A stretch of DNA of 64,000 nt, taken from positions 629-64,628 of the forward strand of contig JBFXDK010000005.1 in the NCBI GenBank assembly GCA_050181195.1, given 5' to 3'. Every line of letters starts with the position of its first letter. The stretch's first letter is position 1. The notes beneath the pieces are model-generated. The model was not told the origin of the DNA and did no database searches. It saw only the letters and a list, made by a program, of their open reading frames with translations. The translations under genes and the position numbers were made by a program. This DNA comes from Acetobacteraceae bacterium. GTDB lineage: Bacteria > Pseudomonadota > Alphaproteobacteria > Acetobacterales > Acetobacteraceae. Of the stretch, positions 1 to 9,300 are shown piece by piece.

Positions 1-198
1 CACCATCAGCAGGCTGGTCTTGCCCGATCCGGACGGACCGACGAGGCCCACCGCCTCGGAGCGATCGATGTTGAGATCGATCCCACGCAATATGTTGACC
101 GGCCCGGCGGCGGAAGGCACGGTCAGCCGCAGGTTCCTGACCTGCATCAGCGGCGTTGCGGTGTTGGCGTCATGCAGGGACGGCGGGATGGCATCCAT
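1..198 (-). CDS. ABC transporter ATP-binding protein (YbbA/LolD-like), 5' part only; runs off the window start
   Basis: Manual translation of the reverse strand from ATG 198 gives MDAIPPSLHD...VNILRGIDLNIDRSEAVGLVGPSGSGKTSLLMV, with Walker A GPSGSGKT. Divergent from a tesA-like esterase, as in the ybbA/tesA arrangement. Not in the ORF track. Confidence 0.85.
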   Translation of the reverse strand, partial: MDAIPPSLHDANTATPLMQVRNLRLTVPSAAGPVNILRGIDLNIDRSEAVGLVGPSGSGKTSLLMV

Positions 199-250
199 GG
201 CGGCAGCATATGGCCTTCCGGCTGGCCGGAAGAACCCCACGGACAGGGAC

Positions 251-898
251 ATGTCAATTTTGTCACGGCGTCATATGATTTTGGGACTGGGCGCGCTGGC
301 GGGACTGCTCGTCTTCAGAGTGCCGGCCTGGGCCGCGCCGCTCCGGTTGCTGGTCCTGGGCGATTCGCTCACCGCGGGATACGGGCTGGCGCGCTCCGAA
401 GGATTTCAGGACCAGTTGCGGTCGGCGCTGCAGGCCAGGGGCCATGATGTCGTCATCGTCGACGGCGCCGTCTCGGGCGATACCAGCGCGGGCGGCCGGG
501 CTCGGCTCGATTGGGTGCTGGGCGAGGGAGTGGATGCGGCGATCGTCGAACTCGGGGCGAATGACGGTCTGCGCGGCCTCGATCCGTCGCAGATGGATGC
601 CAACCTGACCGCCATCCTGGACCGGCTGGCGGCGAAGAACATTCCCGTGCTGCTGACCGGGATGTATGCACCGCCCAACCTGGGGCCGGATTACCAGGCG
701 GCGTTCCGGGCGGTGTATGATCGGCTGGGGCAGCGGCCAGGGGTGATCTACGATCCGTTCTTTCTGGAAGGCGTGGCCACCATCGACGCGCTGCACCTGC
801 CGGACCGGCTGCATCCGAACGCCGAGGGCGTCCGGCGCATCGTGGCGCGCATCCTGCCGAAGGTGGAGGATCTGCTGACACGAGCGAGGGCATCATGA
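251..898 (+). CDS. tesA: Arylesterase / acyl-CoA thioesterase I (GDSL/SGNH hydrolase), exported
   Basis: Motifs LGDSLTAGYG, GAVSGDTSAGG, ELGANDGLRG and DRLHPN. Signal peptide MSILSRRHMILGLGALAGLL...AWA. Start taken at ATG 251 rather than 20. Confidence 0.88.
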   Translation: MSILSRRHMILGLGALAGLLVFRVPAWAAPLRLLVLGDSLTAGYGLARSEGFQDQLRSALQARGHDVVIVDGAVSGDTSAGGRARLDWVLGEGVDAAIVELGANDGLRGLDPSQMDANLTAILDRLAAKNIPVLLTGMYAPPNLGPDYQAAFRAVYDRLGQRPGVIYDPFFLEGVATIDALHLPDRLHPNAEGVRRIVARILPKVEDLLTRARAS

Positions 899-1437
899 GG
901 CTGTTCGTGGCGCTCGACCTGCCGTGGTCACTGCGGGAGCGCCTGGCGCTCATGGCCGGGGCCGGCATTCCCGGCGCGCGCTGGGTGCCGCCGGAAAACT
1001 ACCACCTGACGCTGCGCTTCATCGGCGAAACGCCGGGCTACCGCGCCGAGGAGATCGACCACGCGCTTGCGGCGCTGAAGGTGCGCGGCTTTTCCCTGAC
1101 GCTCGCCGGTGTCGGCACCTTCGCGAAATCCGGGCGCGGTTCGGCGCTGTGGGTGGGGGTGGAGCGCAATCCTGCGCTGGAGCACCTGCGAAGCAAGATC
1201 GAGACGGCGCTGCAGCGCTGCGGGCTGGAGCCGGAGCGGCGGCGCTTCCAGCCGCATATCACGCTCGCCCGTCTCGACAATCCGGCCGAGGGCAAGCTGG
1301 CCGCCTTCGTGCAGGCCAACAATCTGTTCCGCGCCGGCCCGGTGCCGGTGGAGCACTTCACCCTGTTCAGCTCGCTTCTCGGCAAGGACCAGGCGGTCTA
1401 CACGGCCGAGGTGGAATACGAGCTGGCCGCGGCCTGA
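895..1437 (+). CDS. thpR: RNA 2',3'-cyclic phosphodiesterase (2H phosphoesterase, LigT-like)
   Basis: MRLFVAL start and two HxT motifs (YHLTLRFIG, PHITLAR). ATGA overlap with tesA. Confidence 0.92.
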   Translation: MRLFVALDLPWSLRERLALMAGAGIPGARWVPPENYHLTLRFIGETPGYRAEEIDHALAALKVRGFSLTLAGVGTFAKSGRGSALWVGVERNPALEHLRSKIETALQRCGLEPERRRFQPHITLARLDNPAEGKLAAFVQANNLFRAGPVPVEHFTLFSSLLGKDQAVYTAEVEYELAAA

Positions 1438-1456
1438 AGCCGGCCCCAGGCCTGCC

Positions 1457-2347
1457 TCAAGCGGCTTCCTCCAGGGTCGATCCGACATCCAGCGTGGTGG
1501 CGCGCCGCAGATCGCGGGGCTGGGCTTCGTCGTGCGGGCGGCCGCGATGCATGGTGCAGCGATTGTCCCAGATCACCAGGTCGCCCACCCGCCAGGTGTG
1601 GCGGTGGACGAATTGCGGCTGGGTGGCATGCGCATTCAGATCCACCAGCAGGAGACGCCCGTCCGCCACCGGCCAGCCGACCACGTGCGAGGCGTGCGCC
1701 GAGAGGTAGAGCGTCTTGCGCCGCGAGCCGGGATGGGTACGCACGAGGCGCTGCGGCGAGGGCGGATATTGTTCCCGCTCGTCTGGTGGAAACTCGGTGA
1801 AGCCGATCTGTCCACGTGACCAGAACACGTCGTGCTCGATCACCAGATCGGCGATTGCTGCCTTCGTGCCGGCGGGCAGCGCGTCGTAGGCGGCGCGCAT
1901 GTCGGCGAACTCGGTCTCGCCGTTGCCGAACGGGGAGGGCGGCGGGATGGTCACCGCGTGCAGCAGGCCGAGAACGACGGGCACCGGCATGTAGGACGCG
2001 TCGGTGTGCCAGAGCCGGTTGCCCAGGCTGTCGAGCCTGCGACGATCGAACAGGTCGCGGACCTGGTTGTCCTCGTTCAGGTTGGAGATGTCGCCGATCT
2101 GCGGGATCGCCAGGCGCCTGCGGCCGGGGCGGGCGGCGGAGCGGCCGATTTCCAGCGGGCCGAAGCAGGCGGCGAAGTCGCGCAATTGGGCGTCTGTCAG
2201 CGTCTGGTCGTGGAACACCAGCACGGCGTAGCGATCGATCGCTTCCCAGATGGCGCCGATGGTGGCGTCATCCGGTTTCCGGCTCAGGTCCAGACCGTCT
2301 GCTTCGGCGACGAAGTCCGTGCGCAGCGGGCGCAGGTGCAGCGTCAT
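1457..2347 (-). CDS. TauD/TfdA family Fe(II)/2-oxoglutarate dioxygenase (TfdA/SdpA-like)
   Basis: GNRLWHTDASY (HxD), GETEFADMRAAYDAL and WDNRCTMHRG motifs. Confidence 0.9.
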   Translation of the reverse strand: MTLHLRPLRTDFVAEADGLDLSRKPDDATIGAIWEAIDRYAVLVFHDQTLTDAQLRDFAACFGPLEIGRSAARPGRRRLAIPQIGDISNLNEDNQVRDLFDRRRLDSLGNRLWHTDASYMPVPVVLGLLHAVTIPPPSPFGNGETEFADMRAAYDALPAGTKAAIADLVIEHDVFWSRGQIGFTEFPPDEREQYPPSPQRLVRTHPGSRRKTLYLSAHASHVVGWPVADGRLLLVDLNAHATQPQFVHRHTWRVGDLVIWDNRCTMHRGRPHDEAQPRDLRRATTLDVGSTLEEAA

Positions 2348-2369
2348 GCGATTCCTCCCGCGGTCAGGG

Positions 2370-2394
2370 CCGGGTGCCGGATCGCGGCACCCGG
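2370..2394. other. Intercistronic stem-loop between the aldolase-like and dioxygenase genes
   Basis: Perfect 10-bp inverted repeat CCGGGTGCCG-gatcg-CGGCACCCGG, with no U-tract. Confidence 0.45.
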
Positions 2395-2405
2395 GTCCGA
2401 TCGGC

Positions 2406-3167
2406 TCAGCGGCGCCAGTCGAAGCCCTTGCGTTCCACCGTGCGGACCATGCCCTGCCATTCGGCCAGCCCGTATTCGTGGGTGGCGCGGCGCTTCTTCA
2501 TCCGGTCGGCCGCCTTCTGCTGGACGGATTCGTCGACCAGCACCGGCGGTTCGTCCAGCGTGCGGGCGATCAGTTCGAGCTCGCAGGCCCGCTCCAGCAT
2601 GTAGAGGCGCATCATCGCGCCGTGGATCGTCTCGCCCAGGGTCAGCAGGCCGTGGTTCATCAGCACGACGCAGCTTCCGCCGCCGCTCAGGCTGCGGGCG
2701 AGCGCATCGCATTCCTCCTGCGTCGCCGGGACGCCGTATTCGTGGTAGACGACGTCGTCGATCACGCTCAGATGGTCCTGGCTGATCGGGCGCAGGCCGT
2801 TGCGCAGCAGCGATACGCCGGCGCCGGCGCGGGTATGCGTGTGCAGGACGCAGTTGGCGTCCGGGCGGGCCTTGTAGACGCCGCTATGGATGGTGAAGCC
2901 GGCGTTGTTGAACTTGCCGCCCGGGCTCAGGACGTTGCCGTCCATGTCCATCTTCACCAGCGACGAGGCGGTGATCTCGTCGAACATTTCCCCGTAGTTG
3001 TTGATCAGGAAGTGGTTCGGCTCGCCGGGGATGCGGGCCGACATGTGGGTGTTGATCAGGTCGGTCCAGCCGAAATGATGGGTGATGTGGTAGACGGCCG
3101 CGAGTTCGCAGCGGATCGCCCACTCGGTGTCGGTCATTTCTGGCTTGATTTGCAGCGCGGCTGACAT
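2406..3167 (-). CDS. Class II aldolase/adducin family protein
   Basis: WTDLINTHMSARIPG, EITASSLVK, GFTIHSGVY, CVLHTHT and LMNHGLLT motifs. GGAGGAG RBS. Confidence 0.92.
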   Translation of the reverse strand: MSAALQIKPEMTDTEWAIRCELAAVYHITHHFGWTDLINTHMSARIPGEPNHFLINNYGEMFDEITASSLVKMDMDGNVLSPGGKFNNAGFTIHSGVYKARPDANCVLHTHTRAGAGVSLLRNGLRPISQDHLSVIDDVVYHEYGVPATQEECDALARSLSGGGSCVVLMNHGLLTLGETIHGAMMRLYMLERACELELIARTLDEPPVLVDESVQQKAADRMKKRRATHEYGLAEWQGMVRTVERKGFDWRR

Positions 3168-3391
3168 CGCGGCTCCTCCATTCGGATCGTGACGTGTCGT
3201 ATCGTGCGGGAGGTCGCCGCCGGGCGCAACCGGACTGCGCGCGCGGCCGCGGGAAACCGTTGCCCGGCGCCTGATGGCATGCTCCGGAACCGGTGCCTGG
3301 GCGACACTTTGCTAAGTCCGCAACGGATGTCGCCTTGCAACAATACCACCGGTATGGTCCACAGACCGAAACGGCCCGGGGTTCGAACGGC

Positions 3392-6300
3392 ATGCGCCGA
3401 GAAAGACGTGTTTCCAACGCGCTCGCAGATATTGGCGCGTGCGTACTGACAGCGCTCGGCGCGCTGCTGCTCGCCGCCCCGGCCGCGGCACAGAATTGCA
3501 GTGGTAATCCCTGCACATACACCCTGCCGCAAGGAACACTCTCCGCGCCCGTCGAAATCCTGAATCCAACGCCCGCCAACCCCACGACGGTCGCCAATCA
3601 GGCGTCGATCGCCGTTTCGATGCCGCCCTACGACGGGTCCCTGCTCACGATTTACATTGCGGGCACGACAGGGGGATCCTCGTCCACCTCGACGGCGGGT
3701 TCAGGCGGCGGTACCGGGGCGGTAACGGTCAGCAGCGCAGGCGCCCTTTCGCTGACGGGCACGAGCCCCGACAGCACGGGTGCGACCGGCTTGTATGTTT
3801 ATGTCGCCGGCGGTTCAGGCGGCGATTACACCGACACCAACGCCAAATTCGACGCCGGCGCGGGCGGATCGTCCGGCAGTATCTCGGCCGGCAATACCGG
3901 TGCGATCACCTTCTCCGGTGTCTATCAGGACGGAGCGGCCGCGTTCGCTGTCGTATCGGGCGGCGGACCAGGTGGAACCGTGCCGTCGGACGGCACCCAT
4001 AACGGCAGCAATCTGCCGGATTTCAACGGATCCGGAGACGGCGGCAACGGAGGGAATAGTGGGTCGATCATCCTGACCAATTCCGGAGCGATCACCATCG
4101 GCACCACCCAGGTTCCGGTCCGAGGGTCCTACGGCAGCCTTTCCTCCGCGGGCTTTGCGCTGGCCAACACGCATATCGGCTTCCGCGGCATACTGGCCAG
4201 TTCCGGCGGCGGTTTCGCGGGCGAGGGCTCCGGCAGCGCCGGCACCAAATGCGACACCGCCGGATCCGGCTGCGGCGGCGGGGCGGTGGGCGGCGCTGGC
4301 GGCAGCGTGACCGTCAGCAATACCGGGCCGATCGGGATTGTATGGGACTGGGGCCTGACCAGCGGCAGCGCCGCCCTGCCCGCGGGGGCCGGATACGGCC
4401 TGATCGCGTCCAGCGTCGGGGCGGCGGGCCAGCCGACATATACCGAGGATTATTCCGGCGGAAGTGGCGGTGCGGCCGGAGAGGTGCTGGTGCAACTCAA
4501 CGCAGGCGGCAGCATTTCCCTGACGTCCCTGAACGATTTGCCGCCCGGACTGACACTGCCCTCCACGCCGCTCGGCGCTCCGCCGCCGCTCTCCGGCGCC
4601 GCCCTCGGCGCCATCTCCATCGGCGGCGCAGGGGGATCGCCCTATGGGGCCGATTCCCAGATCGGGGCCAACGCGGTCGTCGCCGGCGGGACCGGCGGGG
4701 CCTCCGGCATCATCGGAATTCGCGTGCAGGACGCCCGGATCGACGTGTCGGGCAACGCCTTTGCCGGCATCCAGCTCCGTGGCGAAGGCGGCGCAGGCGG
4801 CAGCGGCAACAGCTACGTCACCTCCGGCGGTACCGCCAAGGGCGGCAATGGCGGCAGTGGCGGGGCCGGGGGACGCGCGAACGGCGCCGAAATCGTGGTG
4901 GAGGGTTCTTCATCCATCGTCACTAATGGTGCCCTGTCGCCTGGGATTGTCGCCAGCACGGTGGGCGGCGCCGGCGGCGTGGGATCAACTTTCGAACCCA
5001 ATGACACCCCCCATGGAGACGCGGGCTCCGGGGGGGCGGGTGGCAGCGCCGGAACCATCGAGGTGCAGCTCGACAATACCGCGACAATTACCACCGGCGG
5101 TGCCTTTGCCCCCGGGATTGCCCTCGAATCGATCGGGGGTGACGGCGGGAACGGCGGGAATCGCAAGACGGGCGATTCCGGCAATCCCGGCGCAGGCGGC
5201 AACGGCGGTTCGGCCGGCGGCATGAACATCTTCCTCGCCGGTTCCGCGTCCGTCACCACTGCCGGGAATTATGCGCCGGGCATCGCGGCCCGCTCGCTGG
5301 GGGGCGCGGGAGGCAGCGCGGGAGCGGCGGACGGACTTTTCGCCCCCGATCCGCAATCCGGCGGCAATGGCGGCGACAGCTCCTTCATCCTCGTGCGCCT
5401 GGACCCGGGCACCGCGATCAGCACCGCCGGGACTGGGTCGCCCGCGATCTATCTCGTCACTGCCAGCGGCTATGGCGGTCCCGGATCCAACGATTCGGGC
5501 CTCGTGACCAACACCGGCGGCACCGGCGGCACCGGCGGACAGGCGGGTGCGGTCAGCGGCGGCGTGCTGAAGGCGATCGACGTCTTTCAATTCGGCCGTC
5601 TGACCACGACTGGTCAGGGGTCCCACGGTGTCGCGGCCCTGGCCTTCTCGGGTGGCGGCGGCGCAGGGGGTGAGGCCGGTGGATTCTACGGCACGGGCGG
5701 AACCGGCGCGGCAGTCGGTTCGATCGGGCAGATCACGATAAACAATCACCCGGCCGGTTCGATCAGCACTGCGGGCAGCGGTGCGCATGGCATTCTGGCG
5801 TCATCCATCGCCGGAGGCGGCGGAGATGGCGGCTCGCTGTTCGCGGCCAATTCCGGAGTCGGCGGCAACGCGGGTCTGGCCGGCATCGGCGGTCCGGTCG
5901 CGATCTTCAACAGCGGCGCCATTTCCACGGCGGGCGACCAGGCCCACGGCGTGCTGGCGCAGTCCATCGGCGGCGGCGGCGGCAATGGCGGCGACGCTTC
6001 CGGCCTGTTTTCCATCGGCAGCACCGCCGGGGCAGGCGGGATAGGCGGCCCGGTCTCGATGACCCTGTCGGCCGGCACGATCAGCACCGCCGGGCAGCAA
6101 GCCTACGGCGTGAACCTGCAATCCATTGGCGGCGGCGGCGGCAATGGCGGCAATGCCGTCTCGCAGTCGGTGTTCGTGGGCCTCTCCATCGGCGGCGGCG
6201 GCGGCAATGGCGGCAACGCCGGCAGCGTGTCGTTCACCGGCAACGGCGCATCAGCCGACAGCGCAGGCAGCATCATCACGCAGGGGAGCAAATCCGCGGG

Positions 6301-9300
6301 CATCCTCGCGCTGTCGGTGGGCGGCGGCGGGGGCACCGGCGGATCAGGCTACTCCCTGACCGGCGGGGTCCTGTTCAGCATGTCCGCCGCTGTCGGCGGC
6401 TATTGCCCGAAAGAGAACGGCGTTCCCACAACCTGCGGTGGCGGCGGGGCTGGCGGGCAGGTGACGGTCGATCTCGCCAATACGAAGGTCACGACCGGCG
6501 CGTCGGCGAGCCTGACCAGCCAGACCATCGCGCCCAGCAACACCTTCCCGGTCGATGCCTTTGGCATCCTGGCGGCCAGCGTCGGTGGCGGCGGCGGGGC
6601 CGGCGGTTCGGCCGCCTCGGCGGCCCTGACGGTCGCGGAGCCGTTCCTGGTCGAGAATGTGGACGTGGGCGCCGCGTTCAGCCTGGGCCTGGGCGGGGAC
6701 GGCGGTAGCGGCGGCGGGCACCTGTCCGGTACCAACGTCTCGGTCTCGCTGAACCAGGGAAGCGCGATCACCACCTTCGGCAATGGCGGCCACGGCGTGC
6801 TGGCGATGTCGGTGGGCGGCGGCGGCGGCGAGGGTGGCGACTCCTCGGCCCTCGCCGCGACGGTGGGCTACAACCGCGCGGCCACCCAGGGCGAGAGCAC
6901 GGTCTATGAATTTTCGCTTGCCATCGCCCAGGGTGGCAGCGGCGGGGCGGCCGGCGATGGCGGTCCGGTGCAGGTGGGGCTTGGCGGGGCCGCCGGCAGC
7001 GGCGGTGCGGCGAGCGGTCCTGCCAGCATCGTCACCTATGGCGACTTCGCCGACGGCATCGTGGCGTTGTCCGTCGGCGGCGGCGGCGGCAACGCCGGCG
7101 CGGGCGCGAACACCACGGTGGCGGCAGGCGGCGCACGGACGTTCACGGCGGGGGCCACACTCAGCAGCACCGGCGGCAGCGGCGGGACCGGCGGCCCGGT
7201 CAGCATGACCATCTTCCCGCAGGGGAGCATCGCGACCTATGGCGATGCCGCGAACGGAGCGGTCGCGCTGTCGGTGGGCGGCGGCGGCGGCACCTCCCAG
7301 GGCGGCACCTTCAGCTTCGCGGCCGCGTATCAGTCGAATTCGGCCCAGTTGCCCAACGGGTTCAAGTTAACCGTGCAACCGAAGGTCACCGGCACCTGGA
7401 CCATGGGCATGCAGGGCGGTTCAGGCGGCAACGGCGGCGACGTCTCGGTTGATGTGCAGGGCACCGTCGCGACCCAGGGCGGCGATGCCAGCGGTATCCT
7501 GGCGCTGTCCGTCGGCAAGGGCGGCGGACTTGGCGGCAGTTCCGGCTCGCAGGGGTCCGCCGACAACCCGATCTCGCCCTATACGAAATTCCGGGCGTTC
7601 GCGTCGAATGTCGGCTTCCATAACATTCCCTTCACCCTTGCCAGTCTGTCAGGAACCCTGGGCAGCGACACGACCGGAAGCCCGGGCACTGGCGGCACCG
7701 TGACCGTGACGCAGTCCGGCAGCATCATCACCCAGGGCGACTGGTCCACCGGCGTGCATGCCCAGAGCGTGGGCGGCGGCGGCGGGCGGCTCGGCACCGC
7801 ATTGGGCACGGCCAGCGGTCCGGCGCAGGTCAACCTGCAGGCGGGGGTACACGGCTACGGCAATGCCGGGCCGGTCAACCTGCAGTTCCAGAACGGCACG
7901 GTGCAGACCGGCACGACGACCACCGGCTACGCCGCGTTCGGCGTGGTTGGGCAGAGCGTGGGCGGCGGCGGCGGGTTTCTGTCCGACGGGTCCGACGCGG
8001 CCAACGGCCAGGTGCTGGCGTCCGACGATACGACGGTCATCAGCAGCGCGATCTCCCTCGGCGGGAATGCCAGCGGCAGCGGCAACGGTTATGGCTGGGG
8101 CAATACCGTGACGCTGAGCGGCGGCGGCACGGCGACGACGCCGGGCCTCGCGGTAACGACCCATGGCGAGGCGGCGCATGGCGTGGTGCTGCAATCCGTC
8201 GGCGCCGGCGGCGGCATCACCGGTGCCGGCAGCAGCTTCTTCAATGCCGACGGGCTGGGCACGGGAACGATCTCGCTGGCCGTCGGCGGCGGCGTGGACT
8301 CGGTAGGCGCCGGCGGTACGGTGACGGTGGACAACGCCAAGCTGCACATCACCACCTCGGGCGCCAACGCGTTCGGCCTGCTGGCGCAAAGCGTGGGCGG
8401 CGGCGGCGGACTCGGGTTCACCCAGCCGGGCGTTCCCACGACAGTGGTCCTTGGCGGCAATGCCCCGTCCGCGGCCAATACGGGCGGATCGGTCTCGGTG
8501 ACGTTGGCGCCTGGGACGACTATCAGCACCTCGGGCGTGGGGGCGCATGCCATCGTCCTGCAATCCGTCGGCGGCGGCGGCGGCATCGCCGGCTATGCCG
8601 GCGGCAGTGGCAGCGTGCCCGTCGTATCCATGGAGATGCCGGTGCGCTACAGCCCGCAAGGCAGCGGCGGTCCCGTCACGTTGCAGATGCAGGGCGGAAT
8701 CACCACGACGGGGGCCGGGGCGTTCGCGGTCCTCGCACAGAGCATCGCGTCTGGCGGCGGCCTGCTTGGGTCCGACGGTGTCCTCTATGCCGGGTCCACT
8801 GGTGTCGTGAACTATGGGACGGCCGGGGCGGTCACGGTGACGCTGAAGGGATCCCACATAACGGCGACCGGACAGAACAGCGTCGGGGTCTTCGCCCAAA
8901 GCATGAATGGCGGCGGGTCCGGCGGCACCGCGTCGCCGGTGGCGGTGAACCTGTTGAGCACGTACCTGTCGGGCGGGTCAGGGGCGCAGGGCACGGGGAT
9001 TTGGGTGTCGGATGGAATCTATACCAGCACGCAGAAGAACTTTATCACGCTCGACGCGCCGTCCTTCGTGTCCAGCGGCTCCGGGGTCGCGATCAACTAT
9101 ACCGGATCCTGGTCGGTGGATGTGCAATCAGCGGGCGAGGTTCACGGCTCATACTTCCTTGGGCCGCAGGGCACGTATTCGAACGGCGGAACGCTGGCCG
9201 TTGGGGCGACGGGGCAGGCGGCGCTGCTGACAAACAGCGGCGTCCTGCAGGTGGGCGAGGCGGGCGCATTCGGCAGCGCGCGCCTGACGGGGAACTTCGT

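Noticed and set aside
895-1437. thpR as part of an RNA-repair system
   Set aside because: No rtcB, rtcA, pnkp or hen1 nearby. It sits in the ordinary ABC ATPase-tesA-thpR context.
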